From a virus (lineage: Duplodnaviria > Caudoviricetes): a DNA stretch of 24,060 bases. The stretch spans positions 1 through 24,060 of the IMG/VR virus record IMGVR_UViG_3300035181_001174. The stretch is one strand, 5' to 3'. The first letter of the stretch is position 1; each line of letters begins with the position of its first letter. The position numbers and the translations under genes were made by a program. Of the stretch, positions 8,829-17,392 are shown in pieces. The notes beneath the pieces are model-generated. The model was not told the DNA's origin, did not search any database, and worked only from the letters and a program-made list of their open reading frames with translations.

Positions 8829-10233
8829 CGAGCGCCTCGATCTCGCGGATCACCCGGTCAGCCCAGTCAACCGGCTCATCGCGGGACTGATCATCTGACC
8901 CATCACCTTCCCCATCAAGCGCCTTTGCCGCCTTGCTCCGGCCCGCCGCCTCCGCCGCGTCTGGGACGCCTCCGGCAAACTGCGAAAGGTCTGGCGCCTT
9001 CGAGCGCAGTTCGTCACCATCCGGCAACGGGTCGAGGTCGAGGTGCAACCGCGCCTCATTCGGCGTTATGATCGGGCCGCCGGCGGCAAGGACCAGCCGT
9101 TTTGCCCGCGCGTCCTCATCCGGCTGCAGGGCGCGCACGTTCCGCGTGTCGAACCACATCTGCACGCTCGGGTCGCGATCGAAGTCGGGCAGTAACTGCA
9201 GGTCCAGCTCCTCGGAGAGCTCCGCCATCGCGGGCAGGATTCCGTTGTACCACGCGCCGGATTCCGCCTGCTCCCGGTTGTCATAGTGCGTGTTCGTGTC
9301 ACTCGGCAGACCGACCACCATCGGGTCCAGCATGAGTGCCGCGCAGACCCGGCTCGTCCACTGATTGTTGAGGACCTGCACCGCCATCTGGTCCGGCGAG
9401 AAGCCCAACTTCTCGATCTCGAACGGCTCGGCCATGAAGATCGGCTCGCCGCGCCGATCGCCTGTCGTCCGCGCGCGGAGGGCCCGCGTGAACCGCGCCG
9501 CCTCGTCGTCATCGAGGCCCGAGATGCCGCTTTCCCTTGGCCCAATCACGAACGGTGTCATCATGAAGTTTTCAATGAGCGCGCTTATGACCGTCGAATA
9601 CTCATTGTCGCTAAAGACCTGCCGTAGCTGTTGCTTCAGCGGGCTCAGGCCCTTGCGCACGCAGTCCGGATCGACGCCAAACCTGAAATGAACGACGTCC
9701 TCTACCGGGTGCTTGATCCACGACCCGTCGACGTACTGCTCATAGTGGGTCACCTCCGCGGAACCGTCGGACGGCCACCGCGGTTCCATCTGGAAATGGG
9801 GCACCCATCGCAACTCGACCGGGCGGCCATTGTTCGCCCTGATCTTGAGCCAGTAAGCGTTCCCGTCACAGAGATAGGAGAGCACGGTCGCCTTCCAGAG
9901 GCGGCGCCCTCCCCACCGAGGCGCGGGCCGCTGCAGAAGCTGCGCCAGTGGGTGCGTCGGGAGCCATTCGACCGTCTCGCCGTCCGGGTTCAGCCGCTGC
10001 GGCATGCATCGCGCCTCGGGAAACGAGAGCATCCACCAGTTGAGACAGATCCCGACGACGCTATTCTTCCAGAGATCGCCCGCCTTCTGAACGTAGTCAA
10101 GCTGAGTGCCGGGCAGGTTCCAATACATCAAGTTTTGGCGTCGTCTGACGTTGTACGACGCCTGGTCCTGTCCGCCGATACCCGACCAGCGGAACGCCTT
10201 CAATCCGGCTCGCAATGTGTCGCGCACGCTCAT
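8812..10233 (-). CDS. Portal protein (HK97 family)
   Basis: HPLAQLLQRP, GNAYW, EDVVHFRF, GLSPL, ITPNEARLHLDLDPLPDGDEL; likely start MSVRD at 10233 by ATGA coupling. Confidence 0.93.
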   Translation of the reverse strand: MSVRDTLRAGLKAFRWSGIGGQDQASYNVRRRQNLMYWNLPGTQLDYVQKAGDLWKNSVVGICLNWWMLSFPEARCMPQRLNPDGETVEWLPTHPLAQLLQRPAPRWGGRRLWKATVLSYLCDGNAYWLKIRANNGRPVELRWVPHFQMEPRWPSDGSAEVTHYEQYVDGSWIKHPVEDVVHFRFGVDPDCVRKGLSPLKQQLRQVFSDNEYSTVISALIENFMMTPFVIGPRESGISGLDDDEAARFTRALRARTTGDRRGEPIFMAEPFEIEKLGFSPDQMAVQVLNNQWTSRVCAALMLDPMVVGLPSDTNTHYDNREQAESGAWYNGILPAMAELSEELDLQLLPDFDRDPSVQMWFDTRNVRALQPDEDARAKRLVLAAGGPIITPNEARLHLDLDPLPDGDELRSKAPDLSQFAGGVPDAAEAAGRSKAAKALDGEGDGSDDQSRDEPVDWADRVIREIEALDAVGA

Positions 10234-10349
10234 CGGCCTATCCATCCGCGCAGCCAGATCGCGGCAACGAGCACGAGCAGACAGGCCGCGCCGATCACGA
10301 CGAGACCGCCTGCAAACTGCACCATCGCCCAGAGGATCGGGGCCTGCAT
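10230..10349 (-). CDS. 39-aa single-transmembrane micropeptide
   Basis: Not in ORF track. ATG directly after the TerL TGA, stop overlaps portal ATG (ATGA): MQAPILWAMVQFAGGLVVIGAACLLVLVAAIWLRGWIGR. Confidence 0.65.
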   Translation of the reverse strand: MQAPILWAMVQFAGGLVVIGAACLLVLVAAIWLRGWIGR

Positions 10350-11774
10350 TCAGTCATCCCCCAGTACGCGCATCCGGCGCGCTCCGGCCAACTCCGCGAA
10401 TGCGTCCGCGCTCGCGTCTACCTGGTCGTCGTGCAAGCAGCCCTCCCTAAAAGAGCGCAACTCCGACAGGTATGCATGGTTCCACGCGCCGCGGATCGCC
10501 CAGACGTTGCCAGCATTGACCTGCGAGGCGAACCCGGAGGCGCGGACCTCCTTCGCGCCAGTCACGGGAGCCGACCGCATGTTGCACCCCGCCAGCATTC
10601 GCGCCATGTGCAGAACCTGGTCCTTGCCCGCCTGCCCGGGGTCCTGCGGAATGCGGATCAACGCCGCGCGCCCGTCGACCTCCGCCGCCCGCCGCATCTG
10701 CGCATCTCGCTCGTCCGGGGCCCACCTCCCGCGAACGACGTCGAGCACGCCAAACGACCCATCCGCCGCCCGACACATCAGCACGCCCACCGTATAGTCG
10801 CCTCCGCCTGCAGTCGCCGCGAAGTCCCACGCCCTGCACATAGCGACAGGAGCCGCCGGCGGATCGTCCACGATTCGAACTCGGTCCGGCTTGAAAATGG
10901 AGCCTTCCCTGGGTTGAGGGTTCTGCTGGTAGAGAGCCTCGAATGATCGTTCGCCATCGTTCTGGTCCATGATCGCCTTGATACGTAGCAACGCATCACG
11001 ATCGTAACGCTCAGGCCACAACGCCTCGCCCGGCGCGCGGCTCAGGGGGTCGTCCTCCTTCGCCAATGCCGGCAGGCTCAGCACCCGCCATCTGTCCGGC
11101 TCGCTCGCAATCGCCCGCGCATCCAGCCCGTCCTCGTGCCACGGCGTCATCACGATCACGATCGCGCCGCCAGGGTCCAACCGCGTGAGCAGGTCGTCCG
11201 TGTAGTGGTCCCACGCCGCCTCGCGTTTGACGTCACTCTCGGCGTCCTCCCGGCTCCGAATCGGGTCGTCGATCACGATCAGCCGGAACCCCGTACCGGT
11301 CGGCGGACTGCCCATGCCTCGGGTCATCATCACGCCGCCCGCCGTCGTGTGCCATTCGTCCGCCGCCGTGCTATCCTGCGCAATCGCAATCCGGCCCTGT
11401 GCCAAGTTCCTGGCCTTGCGCCCCAGCCTCCGCGCGAACCGCTCGTTGTAGCCACTGATCAGCACATTCGCGGCAGGGTCCAGCTCCAGCATCCGCACGG
11501 CCAGTCGAACCGTCACGTTCTCGGTTTTCCCGTGTCTCGGCGGCATCCTCACGGCGTAGCGGTCGCACCGGCCCTGCAGAACGTCGTCTACGTCGCGCGC
11601 CACTCGCCGAATGTGCCGCGGCAGATACCAGCCGTGTGGGTACGTCTGCAGCAGCCAGTCGGCGTAACTCGCGTCACTCGCCGACAGTCTCTTTGCCAGC
11701 AGCCGCAGATAGTACTGTTCCCTCAAGCTCCGCGATACGCTGTCGAAGCTCGTCGTCGGATAGGGCAGCGACAT
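10350..11774 (-). CDS. terL: Terminase large subunit
   Basis: Walker A MPPRHGKT, Walker B LIVIDDP, VMTPWH coupling region, nuclease AWDFA...DYTVG...HDDQVDA; exact start uncertain. Confidence 0.95.
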   Translation of the reverse strand: MSLPYPTTSFDSVSRSLREQYYLRLLAKRLSASDASYADWLLQTYPHGWYLPRHIRRVARDVDDVLQGRCDRYAVRMPPRHGKTENVTVRLAVRMLELDPAANVLISGYNERFARRLGRKARNLAQGRIAIAQDSTAADEWHTTAGGVMMTRGMGSPPTGTGFRLIVIDDPIRSREDAESDVKREAAWDHYTDDLLTRLDPGGAIVIVMTPWHEDGLDARAIASEPDRWRVLSLPALAKEDDPLSRAPGEALWPERYDRDALLRIKAIMDQNDGERSFEALYQQNPQPREGSIFKPDRVRIVDDPPAAPVAMCRAWDFAATAGGGDYTVGVLMCRAADGSFGVLDVVRGRWAPDERDAQMRRAAEVDGRAALIRIPQDPGQAGKDQVLHMARMLAGCNMRSAPVTGAKEVRASGFASQVNAGNVWAIRGAWNHAYLSELRSFREGCLHDDQVDASADAFAELAGARRMRVLGDD

Positions 11775-12078
11775 CCATCTCCACCTGTGATCGAACGGGC
11801 GGGTTGTAGACGTTCGGCCTCTTGTGCTTGAGCAGGAAGATCAGCAGGGTGTCGCTTGATTCGCGGGCCCTCCTGTAGGCCACGTCCTCCAGCATGTCTA
11901 TGCCACGCTGTTCAGCCTCCGCCCATCGGCGCGCGAACTCCGGGTTGTTGTGGCGGTATAGGTAGACGGTCATGCGGGTTATCCCGGCCGCCGCCGCCGC
12001 GTCCGTCACAATCCCGGTATCCGCAAGCGCCTGAAAGAAACGCCCCCACCAGGGCCTTTCTGTGGTATAGTTTGTCAT
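11674..12078 (-). CDS. terS: Terminase small subunit
   Basis: HTH-like GIVTDAAAAAGITRMTVYLYR, PEFARRWAEA, SDTLLIFLLK, LSDDEL; start at ATG 12078. Confidence 0.85.
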   Translation of the reverse strand: MTNYTTERPWWGRFFQALADTGIVTDAAAAAGITRMTVYLYRHNNPEFARRWAEAEQRGIDMLEDVAYRRARESSDTLLIFLLKHKRPNVYNPPVRSQVEMDVAALSDDELRQRIAELEGTVLSAAAGKETVGE

Positions 12079-12109
12079 TATAAACTTCTCCGACCTCCAG
12101 CCTACCCAG

Positions 12110-12134
12110 AAACGACAAAAGCCCCTCCGGGGGC
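12110..12134 (-). terminator. Intrinsic terminator in late leader
   Basis: GCCCC-CGGA-GGGGC followed by TTTTGTCGTTT on the minus strand. Confidence 0.6.
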
Positions 12135-12183
12135 GTCGGCCCTCGGCGAGGCTTCGCAAAGCCGCCAATTTTCAGTTGTCGTG

Positions 12184-12453
12184 CTATTCTACGCGAACCC
12201 TGCCGCGTTTGTCAAGCAGAATTTGCAAATCCATCAGACGCATTTGCGAAATGACGGCGCAGACGAGCACCCGATGGTCCCAGCGGACGTACTGGTTGCA
12301 GTGTCCGTCCGGGCATCGGCCCGTTCTGACGCCGGTGTACGGGTCCTCCCGCTCATCATGGACGTGCACCGCCAGCATGCCGTTACCCTCCCGCTCGATC
12401 AGCGGGCGACCGCAGGCCGGGCAAACTAGGAGCGGGAGCCGGTGCATCACCAC
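12184..12453 (-). CDS. Small Zn-ribbon protein, possible late regulator
   Basis: CPAC...CPDGHC; immediately upstream of and overlapping the late promoter; function inferred from position only. Confidence 0.55.
   Translation of the reverse strand: MVMHRLPLLVCPACGRPLIEREGNGMLAVHVHDEREDPYTGVRTGRCPDGHCNQYVRWDHRVLVCAVISQMRLMDLQILLDKRGRVRVE
12186..12215 (-). promoter_or_regulatory. Sigma70-type late promoter
   Basis: TTGACA (12215-12210), 18 nt, TAGAAT (12191-12186), upstream of terS. Confidence 0.7.
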
Positions 12454-13130
12454 CTATGCTCGACGAACGCTATCGGGTACTGATTGAGCTCCTTGTCGCA
12501 CAGTATAACGCTGTCAGCGCGGTCAAGCATCACCCGAAGGTGCTCAGCCGGTATTATGGCCCACTCCGGGACGTAGATCGTAGCGTAGTTCAGGGTCGAT
12601 AGATCATCTGGCCACTCGCACTTGCCGTAGACGAGCCTCGATCCGGTGAGCTCGCCAGGGAATGGCGGCGGCTCAATGCCGAAGGTTTCCCACGCGCGCG
12701 CCCACTGGTCCTCGTGTCTGAAGTTCCATCCGGATAGATCGGCCTCAACATGCGTGTCGCCGCCTTCGATGACGCCGCGCACCATGTCTCCGTTATCGCG
12801 CCGGATGATGACCTCGCGCTGAATGTGTTCTCCATCCGGAGTAGCGCGCATCCAGAGCTCAGTATGCCCAGTCGGGACCAGGTAGTGCAAACAGTAACGG
12901 CCATCGGCGAACTCGAACTCAATGTCGTCCAGGCGCGTCTCTATGATCGCCTCCGGGGTCGTCGCCTCGATCTCGGCCAGGCTCGGCCTCGGGTCGCCTT
13001 CGGCCCATTCCGCCTCGTCCTGCGGCACTGCCGGGGACCACTGCCACGCATACCCGTATTCGCGGGCGATTCGCAGCGCCATGTTCGCCATCTCGACAGG
13101 GCATTTCGCCCACGCCTCCTCCTGGTTCAT
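12447..13130 (-). CDS. Hypothetical protein (paralog of the gene at 23765)
   Basis: Start MNQEEAW at 13130 (ATGA overlap); acidic, Trp-rich. Confidence 0.75.
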   Translation of the reverse strand: MNQEEAWAKCPVEMANMALRIAREYGYAWQWSPAVPQDEAEWAEGDPRPSLAEIEATTPEAIIETRLDDIEFEFADGRYCLHYLVPTGHTELWMRATPDGEHIQREVIIRRDNGDMVRGVIEGGDTHVEADLSGWNFRHEDQWARAWETFGIEPPPFPGELTGSRLVYGKCEWPDDLSTLNYATIYVPEWAIIPAEHLRVMLDRADSVILCDKELNQYPIAFVEHRW

Positions 13131-13618
13131 CCCGCAGCCTCCTCGATCTCCGCCTTGATCGGCTCCAGCAGCTCGCGTAACCGCCGGGCGATCCTCACAA
13201 CGCGCTCCGGGTCGTCGGACACTACGATGTGCCCCAACGATAACATCCGCCTCTGCTCCGGCGTGCAGCCACCCGGTTTCGCCTTGCCGGGCGCCTTTAT
13301 CTCGACGAAACACCAGAGCGGACCGGCTATGTGAACGGGCAGGTCGACCATGCCGGGGTCTGAGCCCGACAGATCAGCCCGGTGTTGACCGACGCGCAGG
13401 GATTCGAACCCGGCGTAGCCCAACGCCTGCTTCGTCGCCGCAACGACGGCGGCCTCCGGGTTCGTGCGCCGGGCCCTTCCGCCGCGCATCAGCGCAGGTT
13501 CATCCCAAACCTTTCGACCGCAGGCGAGACAGATCCAGCCGACGCGAGTCCGGGCCGCAGTTGGCAACCGTAGCGGGCGCATCTCGGCCCCGCAGCATGT
13601 CGGCGCGCCGGTGATCAT
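13127..13618 (-). CDS. VRR-NUC-like PD-(D/E)xK nuclease with N-terminal Zn ribbon
   Basis: PGMVDL...FVEIKAPG...TPEQ; TCCG...CLAC at N-terminus. Confidence 0.75.
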   Translation of the reverse strand: MITGAPTCCGAEMRPLRLPTAARTRVGWICLACGRKVWDEPALMRGGRARRTNPEAAVVAATKQALGYAGFESLRVGQHRADLSGSDPGMVDLPVHIAGPLWCFVEIKAPGKAKPGGCTPEQRRMLSLGHIVVSDDPERVVRIARRLRELLEPIKAEIEEAAG

Positions 13619-14016
13619 TTCACCTCCTCCGTTTGGGCGAGCCCGTACGCCTCGTAGTTCGGCAGTGGCAGCGGGCCGTCCTGCGGTCGCCAGAGGTGCA
13701 GGCAGTACGGGTTGATTCGCGCCTGATTGTGGGACGGGTGATACTGCAAAACCGTTTCGTCCGGCTCCCAGATCGCGTTCCGCACGGCATCCATCTCCAG
13801 CCAGGTCGGAGGGCGGTCTCGGAGGCTCACGCTGACGTGGTCCCAGTTACTGCCCAATGAGACGATGATCCCCAGCACCTCCGGCGTCATGCCCATCAGT
13901 ATCCGTTTCTGCGCCGCGAACCCCGAGTCCGTCCGCTGCAGAATGCGCACGCTGCGAGGGTTGCCCATCAGCTCCCTGATCTCATTGTTCGTCTGGCACT
14001 TCCGGAATGACTTCAT
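13615..14016 (-). CDS. Conserved phage hypothetical protein
   Basis: WDHVSVS...PTWLEM...QYHP...PYCLHLWRP motif seen in a widespread phage family; start MKSF with GGAGGAG SD. Confidence 0.75.
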   Translation of the reverse strand: MKSFRKCQTNNEIRELMGNPRSVRILQRTDSGFAAQKRILMGMTPEVLGIIVSLGSNWDHVSVSLRDRPPTWLEMDAVRNAIWEPDETVLQYHPSHNQARINPYCLHLWRPQDGPLPLPNYEAYGLAQTEEVK

Positions 14017-14109
14017 CGTTCCTCTCCTCCTCCTGCAGAATCGATCCACAATGCCCGAAGAACGCCGCAAACCGCCTGTTCTGCGTTCCTTACTACCCTT
14101 CGACCATAT

Positions 14110-14349
14110 CTATTCTCTCCGTGTCACGTAGCGCGAGCATGGGGCATTCGCGCTTGAAGTCACGCCCGCGGCCTGTGTCTCTGCGTCGTTCTCAATGCTT
14201 ACGGTCTCGACGTTCTGCACCCATGCCTCCCAGTTATCGGCCTCGCCCGAGTAGATCACAGGCGGAATGTGCTCCATGATCCGTATCGCGATCTTGAATG
14301 GGTCGACGTCTCCCAAAATGCGGCAATCGGCATTGAAGGTGATTATCAT
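14110..14349 (-). CDS. Hypothetical protein
   Basis: ATG with GAGGT SD; 79 aa; 3' end may be degenerate. Confidence 0.5.
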   Translation of the reverse strand: MIITFNADCRILGDVDPFKIAIRIMEHIPPVIYSGEADNWEAWVQNVETVSIENDAETQAAGVTSSANAPCSRYVTRRE

Positions 14350-14480
14350 CGTTATCTACCTCGAATGATTTGCAACGCGCGCTACTCAGCAACCTTAGAG
14401 TTTCTTAAGGTTCGGGCATACCTCGAATCAGCGAACGTCTCTCGAAGGCGATTATCATCGCTAGCTGATCTCAAATGCAG

Positions 14481-14585
14481 GGTGTAGGGTGTATGAAGGG
14501 AGTACCTATTTTTGCCTTATTTTGAGCTTGTGACTCATATAGTAAAAAACCTAAAAACAGGTACACCCTTCCTACACCCTACACC
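14481..14585. repeat. 33-bp inverted repeat around AT-rich core; putative replication origin
   Basis: 14481-14513 matches reverse complement of 14553-14585 at 30/33; internal GGTGTA repeats; 39-nt AT-rich spacer; abuts primase stop. Confidence 0.75.
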
Positions 14586-16777
14586 AACCCAGGATTATCC
14601 CTGTCGAGCAATCCGATCCCTTGCCACCGCATTCCATGTTTGCCCCTCACGGAGGAGAAACCGCGCTCAGCGAGCCGGCGGCTGAAGTCCTTGTGGTTCA
14701 CCGCGCGTTCGCCGCAGATGCGGGCCCATTCGGCGTACGCCGTGTAGAGCTCCGTCGATCCGCAGGTGTACTCGCCCGAGATCACACATCGGTCGTCGAG
14801 GAACTCCTTCAACGGGTCCATGTCCTCACGGTAAGCGGACGTCGCCTCGCGGACCTGCGGCGGTGCGCCGAGGCCCTCCCGCTGCCAGCGCAGGCATCCC
14901 TCGACCGCCCATGACAGAATGCCGCGCGCCTCGACCTCGAATCGCCGGTCGATCTCGCGCCGGGGAATCAACGCGTCGTCCGGGATGCGCACGGTGAACG
15001 GAATCAACGGCAGGCGGTCCCATATCGCCTGGTCGGTGCCGCGTACCCTGGGTTTGTGGTTCGTCGCGAGCCAGATTTTGAAAACCGGCTTGAAATCGAA
15101 CCACTCGCCATGCAGGAACCGGGCGCTTATCGTGTCGCCCCCTGTCAGGCTCTTTACCATGCTCTCGGCGAGACGTTGACCGTCCTCAGCCTCCGAGGCG
15201 TAGACGTACCGGGCCCCGGCGAGCCGGGCAATGTCGTTGGGAATCGTTCCTTGCTGTTTGACCATCAGCGTCGACGTCGGCGTACGGACTGCGTAGGTTC
15301 CGACTAGGTTGGCGACAGTTTCGATGAACGTCGTCTTGCCGTTCCTGCCTACGCCGTGCAGGATGAACATCACGCGCTCGTCCGTCAGACCTGTCAGCGA
15401 GTAGCCGACGGCGCGTTGAACGTAGGCGCGGGTCTCGGCGTCGGGAATGATCGTCGCGAGGAACTGCTCCCAGTACGGGCACTCCTCGCAGGGGTCGTAC
15501 TCGACCCCGCAGAGACGCGTCAGGAGCCGCTCAGACTTGTGCGTCAGCAGCTCACCCGTGCGCAGGTCCACCACGCCATTGGCGCAGTTGAGGAGCCACG
15601 GGTCGGTGTCGAAATCCTGCATCCGCACCGGTATGCCCGGCTCGGACTGCGCAAGCGCCAGCATCGCGCTACGTTTCGCGTTCGATTCCGAGGAAATGGC
15701 GTGTTTGGACAACTCCTCGCGCTCCGACTTGGTCCTGCAGGCCGAGACCTCATCGTGAATGGCCATCACGGTTGCCTTCGCGATCTGCTGGACCCGCGCG
15801 TCATCTTGCTCCCAATGCGTGCCGGTCCAGACGTACCATGCCTGCCGGTCGTAGGAGTACCGCAGCTCGTGGCCGTGCCATGCCGCGAGGCGTTCGGCAT
15901 TGCCCGTGTCCGTCGCCCGGCGTACCTCGGTCTCCTCCGTCTGAACCGGCACCCAAGCCGGCGCCTCCTTAGCCAGTCGAACGAGCTCGGCAAGCGTGCC
16001 GCCGGACTCGATCCAATCCGAAACGTCCCCCTTCGGGAGAAGGTTCGGCAGGTGCACGACGCGTACTATCCGCGCCACACCGTACAAGGATCGCGCGACC
16101 TCCTGCGCATGTTCCTCGCCTGGCTCGTCGTTGTCGGGCAGGATGATCACGGAGGCCCCGCGCAGGTACTGCGCATACTCGTCCAACCACTTGCCAGCAC
16201 CGCCAGAGTTGCACGTAGCCACGCAGCCCAATCGCCGAAGGTTGTCGACGTCCTTCTCGCCCTCGACGACGAGCACCGTCTTGCCCTCGCGCGCCCGCGC
16301 CACGACCTCCGGCAGGCGGTAGGGGACGCGCTCCACGCCGGTCAGGTTCCATGTCCATCCGCCGTTCGCTGCGGGTCGCCTCTGCTTGAACACTTTCTTG
16401 CCGTTGGGGAGAGGCGGGTATCGGAGGACCTGATAGAGGAGTTGGCCGTGTGCGTCGGTGTAGTCGTAGACGACCTGCGGGGGAACGTCATGGCCGTAGT
16501 CGTGCTGGGGCGGTTTGTGCCCATTCGTGCTGGGCCGCTCCGCCGGTTTCTCCGGCCAGAGCCCGCGGGCCTGGAGCGCGGCCACCACCGCCTCCTGCGA
16601 GCATCCTGCATGGCAATGGACGAGGATTTTTCCATCGCGCTCAGTGACGCTCAAGCTGGGCGATCCGTCGTCGTGCGCCGGACAGTGAACGGACCCGCGG
16701 GGGGATCGGCAACTACAACCGGGCCTGTCACACCTGAGAGCATCGCGAATACGGTCGATCTGGACTAGCGAAGGCAT
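14579..16777 (-). CDS. P4-family primase-helicase (Zn finger, TOPRIM, D5_N, SF3 helicase)
   Basis: CPAHDD...HCHAGC; VVEGEKD, PDND..G; TDTGNAERL, LLNCANGVVDL; GVGRNGKTT; KSLTGGDTISARFL; ATNHKP. Confidence 0.93.
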   Translation of the reverse strand: MPSLVQIDRIRDALRCDRPGCSCRSPRGSVHCPAHDDGSPSLSVTERDGKILVHCHAGCSQEAVVAALQARGLWPEKPAERPSTNGHKPPQHDYGHDVPPQVVYDYTDAHGQLLYQVLRYPPLPNGKKVFKQRRPAANGGWTWNLTGVERVPYRLPEVVARAREGKTVLVVEGEKDVDNLRRLGCVATCNSGGAGKWLDEYAQYLRGASVIILPDNDEPGEEHAQEVARSLYGVARIVRVVHLPNLLPKGDVSDWIESGGTLAELVRLAKEAPAWVPVQTEETEVRRATDTGNAERLAAWHGHELRYSYDRQAWYVWTGTHWEQDDARVQQIAKATVMAIHDEVSACRTKSEREELSKHAISSESNAKRSAMLALAQSEPGIPVRMQDFDTDPWLLNCANGVVDLRTGELLTHKSERLLTRLCGVEYDPCEECPYWEQFLATIIPDAETRAYVQRAVGYSLTGLTDERVMFILHGVGRNGKTTFIETVANLVGTYAVRTPTSTLMVKQQGTIPNDIARLAGARYVYASEAEDGQRLAESMVKSLTGGDTISARFLHGEWFDFKPVFKIWLATNHKPRVRGTDQAIWDRLPLIPFTVRIPDDALIPRREIDRRFEVEARGILSWAVEGCLRWQREGLGAPPQVREATSAYREDMDPLKEFLDDRCVISGEYTCGSTELYTAYAEWARICGERAVNHKDFSRRLAERGFSSVRGKHGMRWQGIGLLDRDNPGLV

Positions 16778-16790
16778 CTATACCTCCCTG

Positions 16791-16913
16791 AAACGCAAAA
16801 CTGGCCCTGGAGAGAACCTGGTACGCCTGGTTGGCAGTCCCCGCACAGGTCGAGGTCGGCGAATCCAGGCCCTCTCTAGGGCCAGCTATCCTGTGTGTCC
16901 TAGCGCTGCCAAC
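16791..16913 (-). ncRNA. Structured primase leader (attenuator-like, alternative pairings)
   Basis: 21-bp stem 16885-16865 with 16821-16801 followed by TTTTGCGTTT; loop motifs CCTGTG and CTGCCAAC complementary to upstream CACAGG and GTTGGCAG. Confidence 0.6.
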
Positions 16914-16932
16914 GCCTCTGGTTGTCGATCAC

Positions 16933-16961
16933 ATTGTAACGCATGGCGGGCCGAATGTCAA
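16933..16961 (-). promoter_or_regulatory. Sigma70-type promoter for primase
   Basis: TTGACA (16961-16956), 17 nt, TACAAT (16938-16933). Confidence 0.8.
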
Positions 16962-16968
16962 CGCCGAT

Positions 16969-17181
16969 CTACGCCTCTCCGTCCCATGGCTCGGGCCAAT
17001 CCGCCCATGCAATGATCGGGAGCTCGAATGGCTCGAAGGAGTCGCTGTACCAGAACCCGTCGATATAGGCCGCGTGAATCACGAACCGGCCCGACTGGTC
17101 GCCATGAACAGTCACGAGTTTCATTCCCGGGTTATCCGGTAGCCGATCTGCGCTCCTGTTCCATGTCAGTTCAGGCATCAC
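16969..17181 (-). CDS. DUF551-like small protein (paralog 1)
   Basis: W...DRLP...LVT...W...IAWADWPEP pattern. Confidence 0.75.
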   Translation of the reverse strand: MMPELTWNRSADRLPDNPGMKLVTVHGDQSGRFVIHAAYIDGFWYSDSFEPFELPIIAWADWPEPWDGEA

Positions 17182-17392
17182 ACTCCCCCGCCTCTCCGTC
17201 CCACGGCTCCGGCTGCTCCGCCCACGCCAGCACGCGCGCGGTCAGTCGCTCAAACCCGTCGAGATACCACTGGCCACTGATGTACGCCGCCATCGCGACG
17301 AACCGCTGCCCGCGGCGCTCAATTGTCACCAGCACGCGTCCGTGGGTCTCCGGCAGGCATTCGCTGCAGGGGTGCCAAATCCGTTTAGACAT
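17171..17392 (-). CDS. DUF551-like small protein (paralog 2)
   Basis: WHPCSECLPE...VLVT...W...VLAWAEQPEP; start MSKR at 17392. Confidence 0.75.
   Translation of the reverse strand: MSKRIWHPCSECLPETHGRVLVTIERRGQRFVAMAAYISGQWYLDGFERLTARVLAWAEQPEPWDGEAGECDA

Noticed and set aside
12150-12166. c-di-GMP-I riboswitch-like CGCAAAGCC
   Set aside because: On the non-transcribed strand and lacks the GGCAAAC/GNRA stem
514-16777. TAG stop-codon reassignment
   Set aside because: TMP, capsid and primase end at TAG at plausible lengths, and genes are not fragmented under the standard code
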